DNA from: Bacteroidota bacterium
GTDB lineage: Bacteria; Bacteroidota; Bacteroidia; Bacteroidales; CAIXZF01
Length of the DNA stretch: 64,000 nucleotides
NCBI GenBank assembly: GCA_037132075.1
Contig: JBAXPV010000009.1
Span: forward strand, 45,168-109,167
Direction of reading: 5' to 3'
Shown: positions 1 through 8,913 of the stretch, one piece after another
Numbering within the stretch: the stretch's first letter is position 1
Layout: each line of letters starts with the position of its first letter
Program-made: the position numbers and the translations under genes
The notes under the pieces: model-generated
Databases searched by the model: none
What the model was told of the DNA's origin: nothing
What the model saw: the letters and a program-made list of their open reading frames with translations, nothing else

Positions 1-406
1 AGAACTCGAAGACAAGAGAATTACATAGGACTAGTAATAATGGAACGAAAAGGGGATAGCTTTTTTTTCGTAAATACAGGATGAAAATCAAAAGGAAAAT
101 GAGATAAAACAACAAGCTCAACGATTTCAATGTGTAGAGGTCAAATCCAAAGAGTAAAGTCAGCACTGTTCCGCCAAGGGTGAGCAGTTTGTGATGAACG
201 ATATTCCGGACTTCCTGAAGGGTTACGCCTCTCATCAACTCGGAGCGGGGTGTCCCGGTCTTGGCATTGAAATATACGATTTCGCCCAGCCAGGCATCAT
301 CTGTATGTGGAATCCTGTGGTAGAGGCTGCTCACATAAAGCAATGCACTTAATATCAAGGCATACTTAATGATATTGGGATTAATCAGCTTCTCCGGATC
401 CATCAT
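1..406 (-). CDS. Partial (N-terminal part only, runs off left edge) polytopic membrane protein, possibly GT-C (ArnT/PMT-like) glycosyltransferase
   Basis: ATG at 406. Hand translation MMDPEKLINPNIIKYALILSALLYVSSLYHRIPHTDDAWLGEIVYFNAKTG...LTLGGTVLTLLFGFDLY...LLFYLIFLLIFILYL stays open to position 1. It is absent from the ORF track because it is edge-truncated. Hydrophobic helices plus an acidic first-loop motif (DDAW..E) resemble GT-C enzymes. A -7 box lies 22 nt upstream. Confidence 0.4.
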   Translation of the reverse strand, partial: MMDPEKLINPNIIKYALILSALLYVSSLYHRIPHTDDAWLGEIVYFNAKTGTPRSELMRGVTLQEVRNIVHHKLLTLGGTVLTLLFGFDLYTLKSLSLLFYLIFLLIFILYLRKKSYPLFVPLLLVLCNSLVFEF

Positions 407-427
407 TGATTGTCAAAGTTATTTCAG

Positions 428-435
428 CAAAGGTA
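428..435 (-). promoter_or_regulatory. Bacteroidetes-type -7 promoter box TACCTTTG for the left-edge membrane protein gene
   Basis: Perfect TAnnTTTG on the minus strand, 22 nt upstream of ATG 406. Confidence 0.45.
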
Positions 436-514
436 AATTTCTTATGGTCACCAGAAAATTCATTCGATGTGATATTATCTGATAAAAGAAATGTTAGGTG
501 ACTGCTTTCCTTTG

Positions 515-522
515 TAATTTTG
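515..522 (+). promoter_or_regulatory. Bacteroidetes-type -7 promoter box TAATTTTG for pgi
   Basis: Perfect TAnnTTTG 30 nt upstream of ATG 552. It lies inside the GTG-498 ORF extension, which argues against that extension. Confidence 0.45.
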
Positions 523-551
523 TTTTGATAAAATCGCAAACACATTCAAAG

Positions 552-1898
552 ATGACCAATATTAAATTAGACATAACCCATATTTTGCCTTTCATCGACA
601 GGCATGAACTTGATTTGTTACAGCCTGAGCTAAATCTCCAGCACCAGCTGCTGATGAATCAGACTGGTGCAGGCAATGATTTCCTGGGCTGGATGTCACT
701 TCCTGACGATATTGACGATGCCTTGCTGAGCAGGATTGAGACAGAAGCCGCACGTATTGCCTCATTGGCTGAATATGTGGTCGTAATCGGCATCGGTGGT
801 TCATATTTGGGTACCCGGGCGATCCTGGAAGCAATGCAGCATCATTTTGCCAGCCAGATGCCGGGAAAATCATATCCCAAAATCATTTATGCGGGACAAA
901 ATATCAGTGAGGATTATTTGAAGGATCTTTTGGATCTTTTGGATCTTCATACCTATGCCTTGCTTGTGGTCTCAAAGTCGGGGACTACGACCGAACCTGC
1001 TATCGCGTTCAGGGTGTTACGTCAGCATCTCGAGGCTAAACTCGGTAAGGTCGCCGCCAGGGAACACATCATCGCAATCACCGATAAAGAGCGCGGTGCC
1101 TTAAAAGGGGTGTCAGACATGGAGGGATATCCGACATATGTTATTCCTGATGATGTGGGAGGCCGGTTTTCAGTATTGACACCTGTCGGACTTTTACCCA
1201 TTGCCATCGCAGGTTATAACATCCGTGAATTTGTTAACGGGGCCCGTGAAATGAAAAAACAAGCACAAGGATCACCCGATTTTGAGAAAAACCCTTGTAC
1301 TTTGTATGCTGCAGCCCGAAATTTGCTTTATCGTGGCGGCAAGCCGGTTGAGGTCATGGTGAACTATGAGCCCAGGCTTACTTTCTTCACGGAGTGGTGG
1401 AAACAACTTTACGGAGAGAGTGAAGGGAAACAACAAAGAGGGATTTTCCCAGCAGGCGTAAATTTCACCACCGACCTGCATTCCCTCGGCCAATATTTGC
1501 AAGACGGTCTGCGCATGCTTTTTGAGACGGTGATCCTCGTGGAGAAACCCAACAGGGAGTTGATCATCCCAAAGGAAGATAAAGACTTTGACGGCCTGAA
1601 TTTCTTGGCGGGCAAGCCTTTGCATTATGTTAACCAACAGGCAGCCCAGGGTACTTTGCTTGCCCACCTTGATGGAGGCGTCCCGGTGATGCAATTGAAA
1701 ATCCCGCAACTTAATGAAAGAACTCTTGGCGAATTGGTCTATTTCTTTGAATTTGCCTGTGCCTTAAGTGCTTATGTTTTGGATGTCAACCCCTTTGACC
1801 AGCCTGGGGTGGAGGACTATAAAAAGAATATGTTTGCCCTTCTGGGGAAACCAGGCTATGAAGCCGAGGGAGAAGTTCTGAAAAAACGCCTTATATAA
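552..1898 (+). CDS. pgi: Glucose-6-phosphate isomerase (short ~450-aa type)
   Basis: PGI motifs VVSKSGTTTEP and GGRFSVLTPVGLLP are present and the length fits the family. The ORF track starts at GTG 498, but ATG 552 (MTNIKLD...) is preferred because of the promoter box at 515-522. Confidence 0.93.
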   Translation: MTNIKLDITHILPFIDRHELDLLQPELNLQHQLLMNQTGAGNDFLGWMSLPDDIDDALLSRIETEAARIASLAEYVVVIGIGGSYLGTRAILEAMQHHFASQMPGKSYPKIIYAGQNISEDYLKDLLDLLDLHTYALLVVSKSGTTTEPAIAFRVLRQHLEAKLGKVAAREHIIAITDKERGALKGVSDMEGYPTYVIPDDVGGRFSVLTPVGLLPIAIAGYNIREFVNGAREMKKQAQGSPDFEKNPCTLYAAARNLLYRGGKPVEVMVNYEPRLTFFTEWWKQLYGESEGKQQRGIFPAGVNFTTDLHSLGQYLQDGLRMLFETVILVEKPNRELIIPKEDKDFDGLNFLAGKPLHYVNQQAAQGTLLAHLDGGVPVMQLKIPQLNERTLGELVYFFEFACALSAYVLDVNPFDQPGVEDYKKNMFALLGKPGYEAEGEVLKKRLI

Positions 1899-1899
1899 T

Positions 1900-2343
1900 A
1901 TGGTGGAACTCCAGAACGAGGAGCGCTATATGCGCGAGGCCTTGAAAGAAGCTTTTATTTCACTGGACCTGGAGGAGGTCCCAATCGGTGCCGTGGTTGA
2001 ATGTAAAGGCAGAATCATAGCCAAAGCCCATAACCTCACCGAACAGCTTAATGACGTGACTGCCCATGCTGAAATGCAGGCCATTACTGCCGCAGCGAAC
2101 TTCCTTGGAGGCAAATACCTGAATGAATGTACCCTTTATGTTACAGTAGAACCCTGCGTTATGTGCGCTGGGGCCTTGTATTGGGCACAAGTGGGTAAAG
2201 TAGTCTATGGCGCCCCTGATGAAAAAAGAGGTTATACTCTGGCAAATACCAAACTGCTTCACCCCAAAACAAAAGTCTCAGGAGATGTTTTAAAAGAAGA
2301 ATGCGCAGAACTAATGTCTGCTTTCTTCAGGAAGAAAAGGTAA
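1900..2343 (+). CDS. tadA: tRNA-specific adenosine deaminase
   Basis: 147 aa with deaminase zinc motifs HAEMQAI and PCVMCAGAL. The ATG is 1 nt after the pgi stop. Confidence 0.9.
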   Translation: MVELQNEERYMREALKEAFISLDLEEVPIGAVVECKGRIIAKAHNLTEQLNDVTAHAEMQAITAAANFLGGKYLNECTLYVTVEPCVMCAGALYWAQVGKVVYGAPDEKRGYTLANTKLLHPKTKVSGDVLKEECAELMSAFFRKKR

Positions 2344-2364
2344 ACCTCTTTAAATAAAGGACTT

Positions 2365-2571
2365 CTATTTTTCTTTTTTGTCTGTATTTAATCCCACAAG
2401 AGAATAGAGTGCACAAAAGCGAAACAGGCCCGTAAAGAGGCTGATAAATCCAACAATGCCCAGGATGATTGCTAATGTGCCACTTCCCTTTCCGGTAAAT
2501 AATAGGATTGCTATTGCAATAACGATAACGAATCTCACGATTCTGTCGATGGTCCCGACGTTTTTCTTCAT
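2365..2571 (-). CDS. Small two-TM membrane protein, YgaP-like DUF2892 family
   Basis: 68 aa. The pattern MKKNVGTIDRIVRFVI...FRFCALYSLVG and two hydrophobic helices are typical of DUF2892. Confidence 0.7.
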   Translation of the reverse strand: MKKNVGTIDRIVRFVIVIAIAILLFTGKGSGTLAIILGIVGFISLFTGLFRFCALYSLVGLNTDKKEK

Positions 2572-2669
2572 ACTTTTATACTTTATTTGATTTTGTTGTA
2601 TTGGTATATCAACAATATCTGGACCTCCTTGTTCATATAAACTAAAAGAACCTGATAATTATCATCCTT

Positions 2670-4622
2670 ATGTATAAACTATTTGTATTCCTGTTTATTC
2701 TCGGCTTTCCCTTAGTGTCGTCTGCTGACGGTATCAGCGAACTGATCAGAAAGTCAGGGACAGCCAAAGATTATCCTGATGCCCGGCAAGTGGTCATCTT
2801 TGACAGTACCCGTGTTGTGGTTGCTGAAAGCGGGCTGGGCCTATTTTACACACATAGGCTTCATAAAGTGCTGACAGCCAAAGGTGCTCTTGAGCTTAAT
2901 GTGATCAAAATGGAATATGATCCGCTCACGGCTTATGCTGAAATCCAGAAAGTCGTGATTTATCGGAATGATGGAACCACTGTATCGCTGGATATGAAAC
3001 TGGTTGTTGATTATGCCGCTCCGGCCAGGGCAATTTACTGGGGTGCCAGGGAAAAGATGATCGGAGTGGGGCGACTGGAACCGGGTGATGCCGTGGAAGT
3101 CTTCCTCTATAAAAAAGGATTTACCTATGCATTGCTACAGGGCGATGATGATGAACAGTATATCCCGCCCATGAGAGGACAATTCTACGACATCGTCCCT
3201 TATTGGGCTGATTATCCGATGCTGGAAAAAGTCTATAGTGTCAGTCTTCCAAAAACAAAGACACTTCAGTATAAGTTTTACCAGGCAGAAGTCACACCAC
3301 AGATCAGCACCGCAGGAGAAAACAATACCTACACTTTCTGCAAGAGAGACCTGATGCCGATAAAAATGGAGGCAGGTATGGTCGACCGCTCTAATGTGGC
3401 ACCCAAGCTTTTGTTGTCAACCAGTCCCGACTGGATTGCCAAGTCATTGTGGTTCAACAAAGTGAATGAAGATTTTGGCAGTTTCGCCAGCACGCCCGCC
3501 ATCCATAAAAAAGTGATAGAAATCTTACAAGGCGCAAAGGATGAGACTGATTCTATCAGCCGGCTGACACATTGGTGCGCAGATGAGATCCGTTATTCGG
3601 GCATCTCCATGGGAACGGGCGAAGGCTTTACGCTACATACCGGTGATATGACGTTTACGGATCGTTGCGGCGTATGTAAGGATAAAGCCGGCATCCTGAT
3701 CACCATGCTTCGTGATGCAGGCTTCAATTCATATCCTGCCATGACTATGGCTGGCAGCCGTATTGAACAAATCCCTGCCGATCAGTTTAATCATTGTGTT
3801 ACTGTAGTTCAACGCAAAAGCGGCGAATATCAGCTCCTGGATCCAACCTGGGTTCCCTTTATCAGAGAGTTGTGGTCGAGTGCCGAGCAACAACAAAACT
3901 ACCTGATGGGTTTACCCAAAGGTGCTGATCTGGCAATCACAGCTGTTTCTGCTCCTGAAAATCATTATTTCAAAATGGACGGTAGCTCAGAAATCTCCCG
4001 GGATGGGACCTTGCACGGGAGATTTGTCCTGGTGGCTGAAGGACAATCCGATGCTTCAGTTCGAAAAATGTTCACCGCAGGCTATAAAGTGCAGTGGAAG
4101 ATGCTGGTTGAGAAGGAATTATTAAAAGTGAACTCTTTGGCTAAGATCTTGTTTATTGATTTTGGCGATCCTTATCAATATCGGGAAAACCCAATCCGGA
4201 TCGAACTACAGTATGAGATTCCAAACTATGCCGTAGTTACACCCGGCGAAATCATCTTTGTTCCGCTGTTGGCTTCAGAGGTTTTTAAAGGAAGTATGGG
4301 GCACCTGGGTTTTAACACCGCGCTGCAAAGCAGGAAGTACCCTTTCCGCGACAGATCTTCACGAACTGTCGAAATTAGTGAAACCGTCAAGCTGCCTGTC
4401 ACTGGAGAGATCGCTTATAAACCGGAAGTGAATCCTGTCAATGAGGAATATGCCTCTTATTTGGGTTCTTGTTTGCTCGATGGCAAGACGCTAAGTATGA
4501 AACAAAAGATCGTTTTGGGAAAACGAGTCTATGAAGCGTCTGAATGGCCAGCCTTCCGTCAGATTGTGGTCAACCAGAACAAAATGGCTGAAGAAGCACT
4601 GGTTGTTAAAATTATTAAGTAA
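2670..4622 (+). CDS. Secreted transglutaminase-like protein (DUF3857-type N-domain plus transglutaminase core)
   Basis: 650 aa with a signal peptide. It has the Cys-His-Asp core arrangement RCGVCKDKAG (Cys codon at 3675-3677) ... NHCVTVV ... LLDPTW. Confidence 0.75.
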   Translation: MYKLFVFLFILGFPLVSSADGISELIRKSGTAKDYPDARQVVIFDSTRVVVAESGLGLFYTHRLHKVLTAKGALELNVIKMEYDPLTAYAEIQKVVIYRNDGTTVSLDMKLVVDYAAPARAIYWGAREKMIGVGRLEPGDAVEVFLYKKGFTYALLQGDDDEQYIPPMRGQFYDIVPYWADYPMLEKVYSVSLPKTKTLQYKFYQAEVTPQISTAGENNTYTFCKRDLMPIKMEAGMVDRSNVAPKLLLSTSPDWIAKSLWFNKVNEDFGSFASTPAIHKKVIEILQGAKDETDSISRLTHWCADEIRYSGISMGTGEGFTLHTGDMTFTDRCGVCKDKAGILITMLRDAGFNSYPAMTMAGSRIEQIPADQFNHCVTVVQRKSGEYQLLDPTWVPFIRELWSSAEQQQNYLMGLPKGADLAITAVSAPENHYFKMDGSSEISRDGTLHGRFVLVAEGQSDASVRKMFTAGYKVQWKMLVEKELLKVNSLAKILFIDFGDPYQYRENPIRIELQYEIPNYAVVTPGEIIFVPLLASEVFKGSMGHLGFNTALQSRKYPFRDRSSRTVEISETVKLPVTGEIAYKPEVNPVNEEYASYLGSCLLDGKTLSMKQKIVLGKRVYEASEWPAFRQIVVNQNKMAEEALVVKIIK

Positions 4623-4647
4623 TTCATCGATACTATTTTAAAGCGTT

Positions 4648-6324
4648 ATGCGAAAACAAAATATATTTCTGCTACATTTCCTCTGCATACTTTTCCTCGG
4701 ATTCCTTTTCTTGCCCAAAGCATCATTTGCACAGGGAGAAATCGATGCCGTGGTCGAAAAACAAATCAAAGAATATACCCTCCAGGAAGATGGCGAATTT
4801 GATTATCATCTGTACAAACAGGTTAAGTTATTGACATACAATGCCATACACAAGATTTATGGGGAGACTTTTGTTTTGTACAACAGCGACTATCAAAAAT
4901 TCACCCTTGGATATAGTTTTACTTTTATGAAGGATGGGACTCGGATTACAACGCCTGAAAATGCTTTTAATGAGGTACTGCCTCGTTTTGCTGCCAATGC
5001 CCCTGCCTATAACAATCTGAAAGAAAAGGTTATAACCCATACCGGGCTTGAGATTGGTTCAACAATTGTTTTGGACTATTCTATTACTTCTTCGGAGGCG
5101 TTTTTACCCGGACTTATGGTGGTTGATGGACTTACAGATCTGAGTCCGGTGAATGCTTTGACCGTGGTTGTGAGGATTCCCAAAGGCAAAGATTGGACCT
5201 ATAAGATTTTAAATACAACAGCCTCGTTAAATATGAAGATAGAAGGGGATTTCAAAGTTTATCGCTGGCATTTTACCAATATACCGGCTCATATTTATGA
5301 GCCCAATCAGCCGGATGCTACAGACTTCTTACCACTTATGATGTTTTCAAGTCTAAAGAGTCATAAGGACCTTTCCAAGTGGTTGAAAAAACAGCCATGT
5401 TTTTCGGAATCGTGCAGTGCAGCGATGATCGAAAAGGCCCAACAAATCAGGAAAGAGGAAAAGGAAGACCTGAAGGTGGCCTTGAAATTACAGGATTTGG
5501 TAGTTAACGAATTGTCATTGATTAGCATACCTGCCAATATCGCAGGTTTTAGGGGCCGAGCCCCTCAGGAGGTTTGGGCCAGTGCCTATGGTACTCCTTT
5601 GGAAAAGGCAGTCTTGCTAAGTGCCCTGTTGAAGGCAGTTAATATCGATGCGGAAATTCTCACGATTGTCCCCGAATCATATTCCATGGATATGCCCAAT
5701 CCGTTTCTTTGGGATGATTTTTATATTGCTTTCGATCCAGGGACCCGAGGCAGGAAACCCATCTATTTATCAGTTCGCGAGATTAATGACAAGGATCTCC
5801 CGCTCAAAATCGGGAAGAGAAAACTCCTGCCGATTCCCGGGCTTTCAGGCATAAGAGAAAATAATTCAAGCAATGAGCTTAACCATGCCAGCCTGGAGAA
5901 AGAAATCAAAATGGATGAGAAGGGTGATGTGACCGGTGGTGTGAGTGTCAGGAAAGAAGGAAAGTATCTTTTTATGAGCCTTCCTGTCCCGGAAAAAGGA
6001 TTGGAAACTTGGCACATGGGAGAGCTTACTGTCATGCGTGATAGTCCGTTTGAGATCGCGTACCCGCTAAGCGAGGAGATTAAACTTAGCATCGAATTAC
6101 CTGCCAATGTTGAATTAATCAGTACAATTACCGACAAGCAGATTGACAACAAGGCCGGGAAATTCGATTTTAAAATCGCTAAAGAAGGCAATAAACTCAC
6201 AATTCAAAAGAACATCACCTTAATGAACCTGACCCACGACCCGGCTGCTTACTCCGATTTCAGGGACTTGGTAAATACCTGGTCATCAAAAATGTTTAAA
6301 GAAGTGATTTTTATAATAAAGTAA
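4648..6324 (+). CDS. Secreted paralogue of the upstream transglutaminase-like protein, lacking the catalytic triad (DUF3857/DUF3858-like)
   Basis: 558 aa with signal peptide ...KASFAQ and only a 25-nt gap to the upstream gene. The equivalent core reads YGTPLEKAVLLSALLKAVNIDAE, with no Cys, and the His and Asp positions are also not conserved. Confidence 0.6.
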   Translation: MRKQNIFLLHFLCILFLGFLFLPKASFAQGEIDAVVEKQIKEYTLQEDGEFDYHLYKQVKLLTYNAIHKIYGETFVLYNSDYQKFTLGYSFTFMKDGTRITTPENAFNEVLPRFAANAPAYNNLKEKVITHTGLEIGSTIVLDYSITSSEAFLPGLMVVDGLTDLSPVNALTVVVRIPKGKDWTYKILNTTASLNMKIEGDFKVYRWHFTNIPAHIYEPNQPDATDFLPLMMFSSLKSHKDLSKWLKKQPCFSESCSAAMIEKAQQIRKEEKEDLKVALKLQDLVVNELSLISIPANIAGFRGRAPQEVWASAYGTPLEKAVLLSALLKAVNIDAEILTIVPESYSMDMPNPFLWDDFYIAFDPGTRGRKPIYLSVREINDKDLPLKIGKRKLLPIPGLSGIRENNSSNELNHASLEKEIKMDEKGDVTGGVSVRKEGKYLFMSLPVPEKGLETWHMGELTVMRDSPFEIAYPLSEEIKLSIELPANVELISTITDKQIDNKAGKFDFKIAKEGNKLTIQKNITLMNLTHDPAAYSDFRDLVNTWSSKMFKEVIFIIK

Positions 6325-6372
6325 ATACTTAACGTAAAAAATATGCTTTCTCCGTCTGAGCTGCTGATGACT

Positions 6373-8310
6373 TTAGCGGGTAATTATTATTCCAAGCTTT
6401 GCTGAAATCATCTTCTTTAAAGTCGTCAGATTTTTCTGATTCTGCAAAACCTGAGTAAGATCCTGATCACCAGGATATTGCATTAATTTTTGGTTGTCAA
6501 GTATCATTCGTTCCAGCTTTTTAAGCTTAAAGGAGAGCATGGCTGAAGTTACAGCTTCTGTAAGGACTTCTTTTTCTGTCAAAACAAAGATTCTTTTCTT
6601 TTCCATCCACCGGTCGCTCAGCGAATAAGGACTGCTGATCAGGTCGATTCCCAGCTTACTGATTTCTTGGTCGGGGTGATTGGTGAAAAAGTCAGTTCCC
6701 TGGATGACTCCTTTTTGCTGTTCTTCGGCAAATTTGTCGAAAATGCCTTGGTATAATGGATTTGTGAAACTCAATTCATCATGAATGATTTCATGAACGA
6801 TAAAATTACCAACCCTTTCAGAGGCTTTCTGTAGGTCGGCATCTTCAATATGAATCTCATGCGTCCCCCAGGTGATGAGCAACCTGATGATCTCCCGCTC
6901 CTGGAATTCACTGTTGCTAAAGTCAAACTCAGTTTGAGGTTCCGGAACCAATACAGCTTCGGGAACTTCCTGGGTCTCCTGGCTGGATTTTCCCTGGGGC
7001 TGGTTTTTGCTTTTTCGCAACACCCGATTTAGCTCATTGCTGAGGGTCAACTCAGGGATGTTCAGGATATTGCCGCATTCCCGGGTATATTCATTTCTCG
7101 AGATCGCATCGGGAATCAAAGAAATCGAATGAACAATGTCTTTGATGAGCTGGGTGCGGAGAATCGGGTCGTTTTTAGAATCTTCATGCAACAAACGGGT
7201 CTTGAATAGAATAAAATTGACGGTCTGCTCCTTAAAAAACTTGACCACATCTGCATGACGGTTTTTCCTGACAAAAGAATCAGGGTCGTTCCCCTCTGGA
7301 AACAATACGATACGGACCTGCATCCCTTGTTCAAGGATCATGTCGATTCCACGGAATGATGCTTTGATCCCGGCTTCATCCCCATCATATAGGATGGTAA
7401 TATTGTTGGTGAAGCGTTTGATCATTTTGATCTGGTCGGTCGTCAAAGAGGTGCCTGAGGAAGCGACAACATTCTCAAAACCAGCCTGATGAAGGGAGAT
7501 CACATCAGTATAGCCTTCTACCAGATAACACTCATCTTTATTCATGATCGCCGTACGGGCGAGGTAGATGCCGTATAGTGTTGCACTCTTATGATAGATT
7601 TCCGACTCAGGCGAGTTTACATATTTCGCCTTGTTGACCTCTTTTCCAAGGATCCGGCCACCGAAGCCAATGACACGACCAGAAAGACTGTGAATGGGAA
7701 AAATCACCCGGTTCCGGAAACGATCATGCCGCTGATCCCCATTGACAATGGTCAGTCCTGCTTTTTCAAGATAGGGGAGCTCAAATCCGTTTTTCAGAGC
7801 AGCTTTGGTGACACCATCCCAGGCATCATCGGAAAATCCCAATTGGAATTTCTCTATGGTTTCCTGGCTAAAGCCTCTTTCTTTAAAATAGGAGAGACCG
7901 ATAGCTTTGCCTTGTTCTGTATTTAAAAGACTCTCAATGAAGTATTTAGAAGCGAATGCAGAGACAGCAAGCAGGCTTTCCCGTTCGTTTTGACTTTGTT
8001 TTTCCTCCGGGCTTTCCTCTTTTTCTTCAATGGCGATATTGTATTTTGCAGCGAGGTAACGCAGGGCATCAGGGTAAGCCAGCCGTTCATGCTCCATAAT
8101 GAACCTTAAGGCGTTCCCGGCTTTTCCGCATCCGAAGCACTTGTAAATGCCTTTGGCTGGCGAAACTGAGAAGGATGGAGTCTTTTCATTATGAAAAGGA
8201 CATAGCCCGGTCAGGTTGGCGCCGCGTCGTTTCAGGTTCACAAAATCACCCACCACTTCTTCGATTCGTGCGGTCTCAATTATAGTCTGGACAGTGTCAT
8301 TTGATATCAT
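6373..8310 (-). CDS. dnaG: DNA primase
   Basis: 645 aa. CHC2 zinc finger CPFHNEKTPSFSVSPAKGIYKCFGCG, and TOPRIM motifs EGYTDVISL and YDGDEAG. Confidence 0.95.
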   Translation of the reverse strand: MISNDTVQTIIETARIEEVVGDFVNLKRRGANLTGLCPFHNEKTPSFSVSPAKGIYKCFGCGKAGNALRFIMEHERLAYPDALRYLAAKYNIAIEEKEESPEEKQSQNERESLLAVSAFASKYFIESLLNTEQGKAIGLSYFKERGFSQETIEKFQLGFSDDAWDGVTKAALKNGFELPYLEKAGLTIVNGDQRHDRFRNRVIFPIHSLSGRVIGFGGRILGKEVNKAKYVNSPESEIYHKSATLYGIYLARTAIMNKDECYLVEGYTDVISLHQAGFENVVASSGTSLTTDQIKMIKRFTNNITILYDGDEAGIKASFRGIDMILEQGMQVRIVLFPEGNDPDSFVRKNRHADVVKFFKEQTVNFILFKTRLLHEDSKNDPILRTQLIKDIVHSISLIPDAISRNEYTRECGNILNIPELTLSNELNRVLRKSKNQPQGKSSQETQEVPEAVLVPEPQTEFDFSNSEFQEREIIRLLITWGTHEIHIEDADLQKASERVGNFIVHEIIHDELSFTNPLYQGIFDKFAEEQQKGVIQGTDFFTNHPDQEISKLGIDLISSPYSLSDRWMEKKRIFVLTEKEVLTEAVTSAMLSFKLKKLERMILDNQKLMQYPGDQDLTQVLQNQKNLTTLKKMISAKLGIIITR

Positions 8311-8314
8311 GCTT

Positions 8315-8322
8315 CAAAAATA
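8315..8322 (-). promoter_or_regulatory. -7 box TATTTTTG ending 4 nt before the dnaG ATG (possible leaderless transcript)
   Basis: The minus strand reads TATTTTTG-AAGC-ATG. Confidence 0.3.
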
Positions 8323-8409
8323 GAGAAAAATGCGGGTGCTTGAAATTGTTATTTTGCTTATTTTCGTCACAGAAACAAATGATGATGTTGCCCAAAAAAC
8401 AAGGGAACT

Positions 8410-8778
8410 ATGGTTCATGAAGGAAAACAAATAGCAGGATATGAGACTCTTATAGCAATTTTACTGCTCATGTTCTGGCTTATTTACAAGTATTGGAAGT
8501 CGGCAAAGTCAGCAGGTTTCGAAGAGTTTGGTGAGGAAGATGAAAATCTGACCGAAGAAGTCATAGCCGCGGATGATTCCATTCAAAATATTGTCCTTAC
8601 CACAGACAATGCCGAAGGCGTCGATCCCTCAATGGCAAAAGGGCCTATCGCCTCTACACTGAGGGACTTATCCTCAAAGCCTCAGCAAGAAATAGATACA
8701 GAAGAAAATGATCTTAAGGAATTTGATCCCCGCAAGGCAGTAATCTGGGCAGAAATAATAAAACGGCCTTATTGTTAG
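8410..8778 (+). CDS. Hypothetical small membrane-anchored acidic protein
   Basis: 122 aa. One N-terminal TM helix (LIAILLLMFWLIYKYW), an acidic middle and a C-terminal FDPRKAVIWAEIIKRPY. I recognise no family. Confidence 0.45.
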   Translation: MVHEGKQIAGYETLIAILLLMFWLIYKYWKSAKSAGFEEFGEEDENLTEEVIAADDSIQNIVLTTDNAEGVDPSMAKGPIASTLRDLSSKPQQEIDTEENDLKEFDPRKAVIWAEIIKRPYC

Positions 8779-8913
8779 AGAATTAACAGCTTAGCTCCGG
8801 ACTACACTTAGAATTAGCTAAAACGTCGATTTTTTTTGAAAATTGCACGGAAAATATTTTTATCTTTACCGGCTCAATAAGCGTGAACGGAATCAATCAT
8901 AAAATAATATTCT

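Noticed and set aside
498-551. The GTG-498 N-terminal extension of pgi given by the ORF track (MTAFLCNFVLIKSQTHSK...).
   Set aside because: The extension contains the TAATTTTG -7 box (515-522) and has no counterpart in PGI. ATG 552 gives a normal N-terminus.
923-947. A tandem 9-nt repeat GGATCTTTT x2.8 inside pgi (encoding KDLLDLLDLH).
   Set aside because: It is short and in-frame within a well-conserved enzyme, so it is most simply a small tandem duplication in a loop or helix. It is not a CRISPR, VNTR locus or regulatory element.
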